The notes: a model not told the origin generated them from the letters alone. A DNA stretch of 64,000 nt from Eledone cirrhosa (GCA_964016885.1 OZ024745.1:115630001-115694000), one strand, 5' to 3'; positions 1 through 14,015 are shown, counted from the stretch's first letter. A program made the numbers and translations.

Positions 1-283
1 AAATGGATTCTGGACCAGGCGGTGCATTGTGTCCTTGAGCAAGACACTTTATTACACGTTGCTCCAGTTCACTCAGCTGTAGAAATGAGTTACAACATCA
101 CTGGTACCAAGCTGTATCAGCCATTGCCTTTCCCTTAGACAACATTGGTGACATAGAGAGGTGGGGACTGGTATACATGGGCGACTGCAGGTCTTCCACA
201 AACAAACTTTGCCTAGGTTTGTGTCTTGAAGGGAAACTTTCTAGGTGCAAAACCATGGTCATTCATGATCGAAGAGGGCCTAT
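1..283 (+). mobile_element. tRNA-derived SINE, family A (CORE-like centre), 5'-truncated by window edge
   Basis: GTGTCCTTGAGCAAGACACTT...CTCAGCTGTAGAAATG centre resembles the CORE domain; colinear with the copy at 9320-9632; 3' tail CCATGGTCATTCATGATCGAAG. Confidence 0.75.
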
Positions 284-1570
284 GATATAATAAAGTAATA
301 CTATGAATGGAGAGGAAAAGGCTATATTAACTTAAAGCAGGGCCAAATTAAGGCCAATTGTTACCCTTAGAATAGCTTAACAATGGTTTTCATTTGATAC
401 TTTAGTTTTCCTTCAGGTTACCTTCAGGCCAGACAACACACCTATATCGAATATTGCCTGTTTTATTTTTTAGATTATTTATTTAATACTGAATATTAGT
501 CCACAGCCTAAACAAACAATTTTGTCATAACTAGCCTCACAAGAAAAAAAAATCTATTATAATTTATGATTTGTACCATGGTAAATCTGGTACCACAAAA
601 TCTCTGGCACTCCACTTTCTTTACTGTCTTCAGTTCCTACTTATTTTGTTTAATGGTTAACACATAATCGTCTTAAAAAAAGGACACACTAGGTAATATG
701 ATTCTAGAAGTCTGGGGTGGGGCTGAAGAGTGAAGAAAGACAGGATGGTCACAATTTGGATGCATAGGTCTGTTCAGTCGGGGTCAGCTCATGTGTTTTG
801 GAGTGGGTGGGGTTTGGTGGCGTTAAACCGTAAAAAGAATCAAAAAATATTTTGCTGGTGATAAGAAACTAATTCAGTTACGTTACTCAACAATATTTTC
901 TTTCTATATTTACATTTCCCTCAACAATTCATTCACTTTTAGACTAATTCCTAATCCTATTGGCTGGGGAGCTGCTGTTGTGTTGTATTAATCTATGTAA
1001 TGTTTATATTTTCTGAAGCCATTAAAGTTCTGTCTGATGAGACTTCCATCCATTTCATTCTCTTTATTCTATCACTTTGTCTATGTACATGCCATCCTAG
1101 CTATTTATCTGTTTATCATTCTTTCATTTTCTTCCCTCATATTCAGACATGGACACATGAAAAACTATTTATTTATTGTATGTATTGTATGTACTTAGTT
1201 GGTCTTCCAGGATTAGACATATTTATCTAGCACTAGATATTTAACAGTAATGGTAGCGAATATGGGTTATATGATGTTTTATCTCAAAGGAATTAATGGC
1301 ATAAGTAAAGTGAAAAAAAATGTTGCAATGGGATACTGAATCTGTGATGCAGACGTCAGTACAATTTTATGCCAACACTTAGAATTATGTAACCTTCATT
1401 TTAGTTGATGTATATGATAGGATTACATTTTTTGTTGGTTGATTGATTGTTTGTTGATATCCTTAAAGCAAATTAAAGTGTTTGGAGATTGTAAAAGAAG
1501 ATAAAAATTTGAATGCCATGAAAGACTGGGACATTACTTGCTTGTAGATTTATCTCTGCAATTACCACTA

Positions 1571-1783
1571 CAGAGTGACCACAAAAACACACCAGCTGTG
1601 TTGTTATGGAGTCAACACCATCTTGAATTACACTGCCATCTAGTGAATTGAGACAATTCTATAAATGACGAAAGAAACTTTGTTAATTTGACACAACTGT
1701 AGCCATTAATATTGTAAGAATATTCATTTAAGTTTTGATATTATAAAGTATTTGAAATAAATAAGCGTTTTTTGGTCACCCTG
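1571..1783. mobile_element. Tc1/mariner-type MITE
   Basis: Imperfect TIRs CAGAGTGACCACAAAAA / TTTTTGGTCACCCTG, each flanked by TA; no coding capacity. Confidence 0.55.
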
Positions 1784-2439
1784 TATTTTACGGGTACTCA
1801 AAGATATGCAGTTATCATATTTAGTGTGAGTGTTTTTATGTTTAATGAATTCCAATACTTCTATATCTCACATGCACTCTATATGTCCAATCACTTCAAG
1901 TTACATTAAACTTAAAATGATAATATGTAGTGTTTGATCCAGTTCTTTATATTCTGAGTTCAAATCCTTTTGAGGTCAATCGTGTATTTCATGCTTCAGA
2001 GGTTGATAAAATAAAGTAATAGTTTATATCCATATATTTGTTATAATATAAGACAAAATACTTTGAAGTAGTTGGTCCAGATGTTTACATTCTGAATACT
2101 GTGGCTAATGTGAACTGTAAAAATGATCAAAGGAAACCAACAAGAAATTACATATGTGTCCTCCCACGAAATTACATTACAATTACCTAGGACTGGTTGA
2201 GGTAGTCACCAGGGATCATTCATCAACCTGACAGTGCTGAAAAATCTAGAACTAGTTAAAAAAATATCTGTGAATTGGATGAATGTCCCCATTCCCATCA
2301 TTCTGAGCAGTAACGAGAAGTAAAATTGGATGAGGGCCAAACTTATGCTTTATTGTATTAAGTTAAACAAAATGTAATCAATGCTAAATTTGTTTTTCAT
2401 TCTGGCATTGTACCAATATTACAATACATGTTCTTCCTC

Positions 2440-3345
2440 TCAATCTATCTGTGATCCCACTACATCTCTTGAGTGTCTACAGTCTAAAATGGGTGCACCA
2501 TATGGAATTACTACCCACTTCTTTTTTACACATTGAATATAGTTTTTACCAGATGGTAGCAAGCTCTTATACTTATTAGAACTTTAGTCTTTGCTAGGTT
2601 TACTTTGAGGTCCTTATATTCCAGATATTGCTTCCATGTCTGGACATTTCTTACTAGTTCTACCATTTCGGCTATGAGAGCATGATCATTATCATACAGG
2701 ATTTCCCATGGGCATCCAGTAATGAATTCCTCTGGTATGGCTTGGAGGACTATAATGAACAAGGTGACTGAAGACTGAGCCTTGGTGGATCCCCATCTGT
2801 ACATTGTGCTGTACTTGTTACTAGTGGCACCTCTGTACAACGACTGTACAACCTTTAAAAGTTACTCCACTAACCCTAACTTACCAAGTGACCATCAAAT
2901 TACAAAATGTGGAATTCTGTCAATTGCTTTTACTAGATCGACGAATTCTAGATATAGGGTCTTATTCTTAGATAAATACTTCTTCTACAGCTGTGTGACT
3001 AGGAAGATGGCTTCAGTAGTGTTTCTTCCAGAGAGAAAACCAAATGGCATTTCATAAAGGCTAATTTTCTCCCTAATCAATTTTGCTATCACCTTTTCTG
3101 CAACCTTTATAGCCTGATCTAACAATTTGATACCTCTGTAGTTGCTCCTCTCTAGTACCCTTGTAACATTTGACGATGCTGCTGCTATAATAATCATTAG
3201 GTATGACACTTTCCAGCACCATCTGATAAACTCTGTGACTATCTTCTAACATGTTCAACCCGATCGTTTAATCATCTCAACAACAATCCCTGATGGACTG
3301 ACTTCTTTCCCTGCCTTCATATCCTTAGTTACTTTATCTACCGTA
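2440..3345 (-). mobile_element. Degenerate non-LTR retrotransposon RT fragment (RTE/RTE-X-like)
   Basis: Translated pieces SNYRGIKLLDQAIKVAEKV, FGFLSGRNTTEAIFLVTQL, LFIIVLQAI, CPWEILY, LKVNLAKTKVL in different frames; the YADD motif is decayed. Confidence 0.75.
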
Positions 3346-4058
3346 CGATATCTCTCTGTGTGTACATATCTGTACAGGGACAGTAAATAATTTCACCAAA
3401 GTTGAGTGAACGTATACAAACATACACATATTTGTAAACCTGTCTTAATCTCACACCTCTCCCTAGATTAAAACAAATGAATAACTTGACCTGTGTTTTA
3501 GTTTTAGTTAGAACCATTTTAGAAACTATACGTATCTGTGATAAACCGTAGACAAATACGTAACTAAGGTTAAATATGGCGATAAAACCGAACTGGAAGT
3601 AACAATTTGCATACCATTAGTGCTTACGTGGAGGTTAACTTTACCTTTCATACATTTAAGGTCGATAAAAAGTAACAGATTTGTACTGAGGTCGATTCGT
3701 CCGTTATCTATCTCACTCACTATCTTTCTCTGGAAGAAATCTTCTGTATTCAGACCCGGAGAAGAGATGACCAGGTTTTAAAATGTCCCTGAAATGCCGT
3801 ATGTCAATATGGCTCCACTACGACTCTCCCGGGAGTTACGGGTCGATACTATACATACAGTGTTTACGTTGGTAGCTAAGTGAATTATATATTTCGTTGC
3901 ATGCTAAGCAGCAGAAGCATACTGTAAATGCGTATACGTGCTGGAAGAGAGCAGGATTTAATCAAATTTGCTGACATTTATGTATGTAAGTATATCTTAT
4001 TTATGCATTTCTTCATAGATTGAAAAATATGAACTTCTCTATGGGTTGTGGGCGATGT

Positions 4059-4282
4059 GCACGGTGCCAGAAAATAGTTACATCTAGAAATGAAACTCGG
4101 GTCACGGACCAAGCCAACTGCATTGTCTAAAAATGCTTTAACAAATTGGATGGATTTGGACTATAGAATTTATCTCTCTCGCTTACCTCTGGAATCTGAA
4201 CATCCTGAAGGGAGATTCTGTCTTGAAATAACGAGGAAAATTAGTTTTTAGTAATTGAAATTGCGGTCGAAATTATAAGCAC
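4059..4282 (+). repeat. Left copy of ~200-bp direct duplication flanking the RTE LINE
   Basis: Colinear with 6925-7129 (shared GACTATAGAATTTATCT, CTGGAATCTGAACATCCTGAAGG, GATTCTGTCTTGAAATAACGAGGA); one ~20-bp indel. Confidence 0.85.
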
Positions 4283-6924
4283 CTTCTTGAGTGTGTTCTT
4301 GAGCTGTCCACGTATCACAACCTGTGCATCACCAACTCCTACTACCGCACCAAGCCGCAACAGGTTTCCTACGCTCAAAGCACTGGCACCAGCTGGACCT
4401 CATTCTGGTCAGACGTACCGCCATCAAGAACGTTCTCCGCACACGCTCCTACCAAAGTGCAAACTGTGACACAGACCACTCCTTGGTGTGTTGCAAGATC
4501 AGGCTGCAACCAAGGAGATTCCATCAAGTCGAGAAACAGGGGAATCCCTGCATTGATGTCAGCAAGATGTACCAGTGAGAACTTGTAAGGCAACTCACAG
4601 AGCTCTCAGGAAAACACTTCACACCTCTCAACCTGGGGCCACAGATAAGTGGGAAATGCTGCGAAACATCATGTACAGCACGGCCTTGGTTATCTTTGGA
4701 AAGAGGGCCTCAAAGTCGCATGACTGGTTTGAGGCCAAGTCCATCAGGATGATCCATGTCATTGAAGCCATGCGTGCTGCCCTAGCCGAGTACAAACGAT
4801 CACCCACCGAAAGGAACCTGCTGATTCTCAGGGCTGCCAGAAGCAAGGTTCAACAGACTTCAAGGCACTGTGCTAATGAGTACTGGATACAGCTCAGTGA
4901 GGACAACCATACAGCTGCTGTAACAGGGAACATCAGAGGCATGTGCGATGGCATCAAGAAATCACTGGAACCGATCCAGAGCAAGACAACTCCCCTGAAA
5001 CCCAACACTGGAGAAGTAATCACTGACAGGGGCCGACAGATGGAGATATGGGTGGAGCACTACTCTGACCTCTACTCCATACAGAACACCGTATCCCACT
5101 CGGCTCTTGATGCTGTTGAATGCCTGCCTGTTATGGAAGAACCTGATGCTGAGCCGACTTTAGCCTAGCTCAACATGGTCATTAACAGCAAGGCCCCAGG
5201 CGATGATGGGGTTCCTCCACACCTGATCAAGCCATGCAGGACTACTCACCTGCAGCCATTGCATGAGGTCCTCTGCCAGTGCTGGCAAGAAGGTGCTGTG
5301 CCACAGGACATGAGGGACGATAAGATCATCACCCTCTACAAGAACAAAGGCAAAAGAAGTGACTGCAACAACTACAGAGGCATCTCCTTTCTCAGTGTCG
5401 TCGGCAAGGTATTCGCATGAGTCATCTTGATCTGCCTGCAGAAGCTGGCAGAGCATGTGCACCCAGAATCACAGTGCGGCTTCACTTCCAAGCCGAGCGA
5501 TCAACAGTAGACATGGTCTTCTCCCTCCGCCAACTCCAGGAAAAATGCAGGGAACAGAACATGCCGCTGTATGTAGCTTTTATCGACCTCACCAAGGCGT
5601 TTGACCTGGTTAGTAGAGACGTCCTTTTCAAGACCCCCCCCCCCCAAGATTGGCTGCTCACCGGGACTACAGAGCATGGTCGAATCTTTCCACACCTATA
5701 TAAAGGGGACAGTGCAGTTCAACGGGGGCACCTCTGAGCCATTCAGCATTCGCAAAACAAAGCTGCATCTTTGCGCCACTCTTTGGGATGTTCTTTGCTC
5801 TGCTCTTGAAGCATGCATTCGGCACTGCGACAGAAGGGATTTTCCTACATGCCAGATCAGACGGCAAGCTGTTCAACCTCGCTCACTTCAGAGAGAAGAC
5901 AAAGGTAAGGAAAACTTTCATTAGAGACATACTGTTTGCCGATGATACAGCAGTTGCGACGCACTCCCAGCAAGAACTCCAGATGTTGATGAACCGCTTC
6001 CCGCAGGCCTGCAGGGATTTTGGACTGACTATCAGCCTTGGGAAGACAAACGTCTTGGGACAGGACACAGAGGCACCACCAGTAATCAAAATCGATGACT
6101 ATGAGCTCAGCATCGTCCATCAGTTCACCTACCTCGGTTTCACCATCACCCACAACCTCTTCCTGGACACAGAGCTCGACAGGAGGATTGGGAAGGCAGC
6201 TGTAATATTTGAGCGCCTCACAACCCGTGTGTGGACAAACACCAAGCTGGTGGTAAGGACTAAGATGGCTGTGTACAATGCCTGTGTCATCGGCATACTG
6301 CTGTATGGCAGTGAGACATGGTCCCCATATGCTAGATAGGAGAGGCGACTCAACACCTTCCATCTGAGGAGCCTGGACCGTATCCTGGGTATAGCCTGGT
6401 AGGACAGAGTGCCCAACGCCGAGGTCCTTATTCGTGCTGTCCTTCCCATCATGTTTACCCTGTTCTGACATGCAGACTACGCTGGCTAGGACACGCCCAC
6501 CGCATGAATGATAGCCACATCCCAAAAGACATCTTATATGGGGAGCTGGCCTCTGGAAAGTGAGCCACTGGTCGACCTCGACTGCGATACAAGGACGTTG
6601 TGAAGAGAGATATGAAGGCCATTAAGATCAACACAGAGTCCTGGGAGGGCCTCGCAACTGACTGGCCAAGATGGAGAAACACCCTGAATCAACACCTCAA
6701 CTCAGGGGAGGAGAGTTTGATGACTGCAACAGCAGAGAGGAGAGCCCGGCAAAAGGAGCGCAATAAATCCAATAGACCAGAGACCATATATAGATGTGTT
6801 TAATGTGACAGAGACTGTCACTCATGTGTAGATCTGTTTAGCCACCGGAGACTCTGCTCCAGCCGAACTGACAACAGGATACTACCTATGGTCAGTCTTG
6901 ACCGAAGGAGGCCTTAGCTAACTA
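4283..6924 (+). mobile_element. 5'-truncated RTE-clade LINE, ORF2 disrupted (end of APE endonuclease + RT)
   Basis: WHQLDLIL...CDTDHSLV (APE end), KAPGDDG, NYRGISFLSVVGK, AFIDLTKAFD, ILFADD, FTYLG, GRPRLRYKD; several stops and frameshifts; short 3' tail ending TAGCTAACTA. Confidence 0.92.
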
Positions 6925-7129
6925 GCATGGTTCCAGAAAATAGTTCTATCTAGGCCCACGTCCACTGCAGTATCTAAATATGCTTTCAAAAATTCGATGA
7001 ATTTCGACTATAGAATTTATCTGTTTTGCTTACTTCTGGAATCTGAACATCCTGAAGGAAGATTCTGTCTTGAAATAACGAGGACAATTATTTTTCAGTA
7101 ATTGAAGTTCCGGTCGAAATTATATGCAC
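6925..7129 (+). repeat. Right copy of ~200-bp direct duplication flanking the RTE LINE
   Basis: Begins immediately after the LINE 3' tail; matches 4059-4282. Confidence 0.85.
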
Positions 7130-9319
7130 ACAATTTACGTTTTCTCAGCTTTTAAGGTAAATAAACATCGTGGTTGGCACCTATTTAGAGCAAGATAGAC
7201 TTATTTGTGAATTAGGCGTCATGGCGTCGGACAAATGGAGTGGCTCATATGCACACACGCATGGATATGAAATTCCGCAGATATTAAGTATAGGTTACTT
7301 GCAACAATTTTACAGCTTTTCCTTAAAAATGTTCCGTATACTTAACTATATTATTTTAGCTTAGTAATAAACTACAAAGCAGATGAAGATGACAAAATTC
7401 AAGTGAAATTGTTCACATATATGTTAATACTGAATTATTCGTGTAATTCTATTAATTCACGAATCATAACGTACATCGTATTTTTTGAAGAAGTGACAAC
7501 ATTTTTGAGAGTGTTAAGTTTGCTTATGCTTTACCAGAATAAATGAGAAATAAGATTACGTTGTAGAGTTTGTAAAACACATTATTTTATTTCCTGCAAA
7601 TGAAATTACTCAATTTCGACGAATCGAAAGAGAGATATGTGATGACGTAAAGAATATATTGTGAGGAATACAATATTAAAATGTTACAGAGTTAAGGTCT
7701 ATAAATAAATGTTCACAGAAAGTATTTGAGAGAAGTTGTATTTGTGTGTCTGTGTATGTATGTATATTTTGTTGTTTGAGCAGAAATAGAATGAGAAAGC
7801 AGTGAAAATGTTTATCCCGCCTGCATCCTGGTATCTGTGTCTACATTGGAACCGAATATATTGTAAATTCATTGAATATATATAGTAAATTCATCCATAT
7901 GAAAAAGAAATATATACATAAAGCTGTGAGGTATAAAAAAAAATACACGTTTAAAAATGACAATTTTGCTTTTAACAAGCTGATAGCTTATTGCTTTTAT
8001 ACCTGGAAATTATGTAGACATAGTTTCAATGTTTATATAGACAGATATTATTAGTATATATGTTTGCTGTTTTGGTTTGAGTAATAGCCGCTGAAGGAGT
8101 TGTTTTTTCTCCTCGTTACAGCTATGGAACCTGAGCTATGTGACGGTTATGCAACAGACCATTAAAGATTTCAACGACAGGAAGTCAATTACTGATTTTT
8201 AGACTTCCGGTTTTGTACAATATGAATGAAATAAGTCACATGTTCTCTACCAATCTGATCAACCTACACACCCGTGTGCACACTACCTCACTAATCTACT
8301 GGGTATAGAAGTAGTTGCTCAACCCGCCAAAGGTAGGGGAAAATACCCAGGATTTTTGGGCATTTTCTCTTGTTATTCTTTAATCTTGTCATGACAATCA
8401 GTATTCATTCCCCAACATTTTATTTGTTTCACAATTCTTTTAGGTCTGGCAATGCTGATAAGGCTTCAATGATGAGGTCTAATAATACCGAAACATCTCC
8501 AGAGTTGTCACAATATTATCAAGACCAGAGTCACTCACCATTGGAGTTGTTTCTCCAGCTTTCTTGATCAGAGGTAATTATTAGGTTCATGATTTTTCTC
8601 TTCACTACAGGTGTAATCTGAATTAAAATTCCTTTACTAAACTAAACATTCTTACTAAAGATAGACATTAGGAAAGCTTTCATCGTGTTTGATCATTGAA
8701 TGATACCTCACAAGTAATGTAATCTCAGCATAGTTGAAGAATTAAAACTGTCTGCGTAATCTTTAAGAAATCAAACTACTGCAGCTAAAGCTGGTCTTTA
8801 ACAAAATTCAATAATTCCAAGTGTAGCGATTCCATTTGTGATAAGTCTCTCAGATACGTGTGAGGGTGTTGGTATTCAATATACAAATATATGCAGTATC
8901 GTTAAATGTGTTGAAGATGTCAAAAACTTTCAGAAATACTACAACATAATATACAAATCGCTTGATGTAATTTAACACGACATTGAATTCTGGATCAGGA
9001 GAGATTGAAATTATAGAATTGTAATCATTGCGTGAGTGATTTGGGAATTTAAATGAGTAATCAGGCTTCATTTCACGCTAATGACAGCCTGGAAGGAATC
9101 TGAGAAGAAGGAGAAGCAACACTAGTCTTGTGGAAGGCAGTTGTTCTCAGTTGCCTGGATTAGAGTCCCCAAATATGAAAGCTGCAAAGTGTCAAGCTGA
9201 CTGGGAAATACAAAGCAATCCATCTTTGCCACATTAAGGAAATTGCTTTTACATGGCAGATGGACTACAGGGAAAGGCTGAAAGTGGAGGTGGTAAAAGT
9301 ATGCAGTGATATATATATA

Positions 9320-9632
9320 TGGCTGAGTGGTTAGAGCGTCGGGTTTACAACCGGGAGGTTGTGAGTTCGATTCTCGGACCGGGCTTTGCGTTGTTTTCTT
9401 GAGCAAGACACTTTATTTCATGTTGCTCTAGGATACTCAGCTGTAGAAATGAATTGCGACGTCACTGGTGCCAAGCTGTAATGGTTATTACCTTTACCTT
9501 GGACAACATCGGTGGTGTGGAGAGGAGAGACTGGTATACATGGGCGACAGCTGCATGTTCGGACTTGTGCCTTGGATGGGAACTTTCTAGGTGTAAATCC
9601 CATGGTAATTCGTAACCGAAGGAGGTCTTTAT
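9320..9632 (+). mobile_element. Full-length tRNA-derived SINE, family A
   Basis: A-box TGGCTGAGTGG, B-box GAGTTCGATTC, CORE-like centre, 3' tail matching the RTE LINE end. Confidence 0.85.
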
Positions 9633-9771
9633 CCTTATATATATTTGTAAGTGGTTATAATGGAGTATTGTCTTGTTGCCTACATATGCACGTACGATTA
9701 TCACCTGTATAGAAACGATCGAAGATATAAACAAATGGATTTAATCTGAGAACCTTGGTTCTCTTCATTTT

Positions 9772-9877
<106 letters not shown>

Positions 9878-10043
9878 GTTGGTGCGAACACCTTAGTTCT
9901 ATTTTCCGGCCGATCCCGCCGACATCTCCGTATGTAAATGAGGCTAATCAGCCCATGTACATAGGAGTCAAAACTATATGTTTATATATATATATGACTC
10001 CTTTAATTTAATTTAATTTAATTTAATTTTATTTAATTTATTT

Positions 10044-10102
<59 letters not shown>

Positions 10103-10103
<1 letters not shown>

Positions 10104-10348
10104 AATAAGAAGAAAGCACGAACTGGGGGCAATCCCTTCATCAGTTGTCTGCTGGCGATCACGGACATTTCAACGCATTAAAGACAATATGTCTAACTCC
10201 AGTGTGTCAATAACTCGTGGAAGTTATTGGAGGAAAAAGGAAAGAGAAAAATAATCACACAGAAGAGATAAAAAAGGAAAAAAAAAAAACGCAGGGAACA
10301 TACTGAAAAAGAGACAAACACGAGAAGCACATGTATGTATATAAATAA

Positions 10349-10387
<39 letters not shown>

Positions 10388-10590
10388 CAAAATCAGCTAC
10401 TGAACATAAGTCCGAGGCTTTTGTTGACGGTGAATTAGGGAGAGCGTAGACATATTGTCTTTACTGCGTTGAAATGTCCTTGATCTCCAACAGACAACTG
10501 AAAAAGGGATTGTCCTCCGCCTGTGCTTACCTTTTATTTCTAAATACACTTTATCAAGTAACTACGCAGCTCCCTGTTTCTCCCAAAATT
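10103..10590. mobile_element. Fold-back cassette after a (TA)n tract (probable Penelope-like terminal remnant)
   Basis: ~90-bp imperfect inverted arms 10103-10195 / 10447-10540 plus a unique tail; related sequence at ~16745-16860. Confidence 0.55.
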
Positions 10591-11171
10591 TTCATATGTT
10601 TATATGTTTATATATATAGTTAAAAATCAAAGATTATAGAAATAAGAATGGAAACAGCATAAAAGTATATTTTCTTCTTTAAACCGACAAAGTGTTACTT
10701 TTGAAAAAAGGAGAAAACATAAAAAAAAAAAAAGTTTTATAAAATATTACGGGTTTCGATGTAATTCATCTTATCAAATGTTAATACTGCTGGCTTAGTT
10801 CGGATGTAGCTGTTGAAACGGTCGGAGCTCAGCCATCGGGGTCCTCACTCTATTTCTATTACCCACTCTACTACCCTAAGTATCGAGTACTCTGGTGTGT
10901 TATGGCCCACCTGGTTTCTTACCACACTTTCTTTGTTATATATGTGTTCGCGCATATGTGAGCGAAAGATCACACGCATATGTGTGTATTTGTATTTCCA
11001 TGCAGACGCACGTATACTTATGTGTGAATGTATATGTTTACGTACTATTGTATTTGGATATTTATTTATACATTTTTTTCAAATCAATTTTTTCCCGTTA
11101 TTTTATTTCAGCCTCACTTTCGTTTATCCTATACTCTGTTTTCAAATCCATATTACTATTTCATAAATAAA

Positions 11172-11236
11172 TTTTCTTCTGATGAATGAAGGCAGACATA
11201 AATATCTGTCTTCAAGAAACCACTGGTAAATGAAAT
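11172..11236 (+). ncRNA. Minimal type-I hammerhead ribozyme motif
   Basis: TTTCTT-CTGATGA-A-TGAAGGCAGA(loop)TCTGTCTTCA-A-GAAA-CC(ACT)GG-TA-AATGAAA; GUA cleavage triplet; non-canonical A.A at base of stem II; same family as 61664-61898. Confidence 0.55.
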
Positions 11237-11290
11237 ACTTATCTTATGTTGTTTATTACATAACTATATATATATATATATATATATATG

Positions 11291-11358
<68 letters not shown>

Positions 11359-11361
<3 letters not shown>

Positions 11362-11620
11362 ATATAAAACGAAAAATCAGTAATGCATCTGAACTCAATT
11401 TATTGTGTGTTACACTTGTTTCGCCGGCGGACAGCTCGAGACGCGATCATTGTGTGGATCTGTCTCTGATTCTGGATCCGCAGGCGAAACAATTGTAACA
11501 CACAATAAATTGAGTTCAGATGCATCACTGATTTTTCGTTTTATATTATATCATACTCTGCTCTGTAAGAACATAGAGTGCTCAACCGGCATACCGCCTA
11601 TGGAAGCATCTTAGCTACCA
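11359..11620. mobile_element. Fold-back cassette between (TA)n and (CA)n tracts
   Basis: 73-bp arms 11359-11431 / 11477-11549 (3 mismatches), containing GAAACAATTGTA (hammerhead-like 3' half), then a unique tail. Confidence 0.6.
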
Positions 11621-11648
11621 TCACACACACACACACACAGACACACAG

Positions 11649-11693
<45 letters not shown>

Positions 11694-11736
11694 ACACCAG
11701 AGTACTAGATACTTAGGGTAGTAAAGTAGGTAATCG

Positions 11737-11810
<74 letters not shown>

Positions 11811-12077
11811 TATGTATGTGGCAGTAGTGGCTTTTAACAGGTAAACGTTGTTATAGGAAGAGTATTTCTATGTGTGTGTATGTATATATCGCTATTGTGT
11901 TAAAACATTGGTCAAAGGTTCAGTGGTGGGGGGAGGACAGAAGATATAAGATAGGAATGAATGTTTTGGACTCAGTTATAACTTGTGGGGGGCGAGAGAT
12001 ATAGGATTTATCAAAGAAATTCTATTTTAGGAATATGTTTTGAGAGGGTATTACGGATGTATGTGTGTGTGTCTATA

Positions 12078-12630
12078 CGAGCTTGGCTGGTTTCGCTTGG
12101 GGATCCAACCAGATCAATTGGAGACAGTTGCATCTGACAGGACCCACTCAATGCTGAAGCTAGCACGTTAACTTTGCCTTTCATCCTTACGGGGTCGATA
12201 AAATAAAGTACCAGTAATGTACTGGTGTAATTGCTGGCCTTGTGCCTAAAGTAGAAACAATTATTGTACATGCTTTCCAGCATAGTTACGTCCCTTTACG
12301 ATCTGAGTTCAAATCCCGCCGAGGTTGACTTTGCTTTTCATCCTTACGGGGTCGATAAAATAAAGTACCAGTGATGCACTGGATAATTGCTGGCCTTGTG
12401 CCTAAAGTAGAAACAATTATTGTACCAGCTCTTGCAATTCTTGCACATAATTCAGCCTCCTGACTTCCATCATTCGTGAACACGACCCCGAGATACTTGA
12501 ACATTTCTAGCTGCAACAGTGGAACCCCATTCACATGTAGAATGTACTGCGCAGGCTTAACTTGAGAGGTTGGGCGTCTCAGTTTACGCAACATTAATTT
12601 TCATTCCAGCCATGCAGCACTCGGCATCTT
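12078..12630 (-). mobile_element. LINE RT fragment interrupted by two tandem family-B SINE pieces (12166-12421, +)
   Basis: HVNGVPLLQLEMFKYLGVVFTNDG...ARIARAG; uninterrupted paralogue at 16376-16735. Confidence 0.75.
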
Positions 12631-12805
12631 CATAATATATTGGTAAGAAAAAAGAGGACTGTTAACAGGGCCATTTAGTGAAACAATAAATATGGTGTAT
12701 AACTATATGTTAGTGTATGTGGTGTGTGTGGGGAGAGAGAGAGAGAGAGAGAGAGGGAGAGACAGAAAAAGAGTGAGAGAGAAAGAGAGAAAGAAAGAGA
12801 GAGAG

Positions 12806-12842
<37 letters not shown>

Positions 12843-12939
12843 CAGACATTTATTATATAGTAGGTAACCAATGCCATTTAGAAAACTGGACAGTAAATGT
12901 TTAAATAGGTGTCTATTGTGTATATCTGATAGAACTGGG

Positions 12940-13160
12940 GAGTACCATGTGATGTAAGGGACAAGTGGGGGGAGAGGGGTCATGTAATGTAAGTGACAGA
13001 TAGGTATTATGTAATGTAAGGAGAGGGGTATCATGTAATATAAGGGGAGGAGGTATCATGTAATGTAAGGGACCAGTGTGTGTGTGTGTGGAGGGGGGGG
13101 GGGGGGGTATATATATGTAGGGGACCAGTGTATGTGTGTGTGTGTGGAGGGGGGGGGGGA
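12940..13160. repeat. Degenerate G-rich minisatellite
   Basis: Recurrent CATGTAATGTAAGGGA/GGGACCAGTGTG units. Confidence 0.5.
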
Positions 13161-14015
13161 TACATACACGAGGATGTCTAGGTTGGTAATTGTATGCACT
13201 TTATGTGTTTTACAAAACAAAGAGTCATTATAAGTTGCGATGATGATGATAGCCAGGAAACGTTAGTACCAACCCCTTATTTCATTATAGAAACTTCCCA
13301 CAATTCCCTCTTCATATCATTCAAAAGTAATTCGATTATATTATTGGAAACTTGAAAGATGATCTTTTCGATCTGATATCGTGGTAATCATCCGTTATAG
13401 CTTTATGGAACATATAGAAAGTACCATGCCATTTCAACAGTTTAGGGAATACAACATTGGCATTTTCGCAACATTGGTCGGTGATATGAAAAAAAGAGTC
13501 AAATAACTTTTATCTTTGAATATTGCATTCGGGGAAGAATTAATGTGATCGCGTTGAAAAAACTATGAAAAGATGACAATACTAACACGCAATATACTAA
13601 ATGTTTCTCTGTGAACATATGGGCATATGCGCGTGTGTGTCCCTGATTGTATATATAATGTATGTATGTGTGCGTAATTGCATGTTATGTATAAATGTAT
13701 ATGTATATATATATATATATATACAGTGGGTCCTCGATATACGGTAGTTCTTTATCCGGTAAATTCACAGATACGGTTTTGGGTAATTACTACCATCAAT
13801 TCTATTTACGGTAAACAAATTCACAGATACGGTTTTTGGTCGTGTTTTGTTTATATTGTACTGTAGCGCCACCTGTAATAAGCAATACAATTTCCCTTGA
13901 ATTCGTGGAAACTGACTGCTATTCGAATTCTAGGAAAATTGTGTTACTACTGCTATCGTACTAACTGACCGTACCGAGAAACTGGCCAATCACGAGCGAG
14001 TTCAGATATCGGTCG

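Noticed and set aside
5857-6525. 222-aa minus-strand ORF and other antisense ORFs over the LINE and transposase
   Set aside because: Shadow frames of GC-richer mobile-element coding sequence with no motifs of their own.
8480-8500. Hammerhead-like TGATGAGGT...ACCGAAAC
   Set aside because: First core base is wrong and there is no stem I, stem III or cleavage triplet; may be chance.
9320-9400. tRNA gene
   Set aside because: A/B boxes are present but run into a SINE body repeated elsewhere; no proper acceptor stem or terminator.
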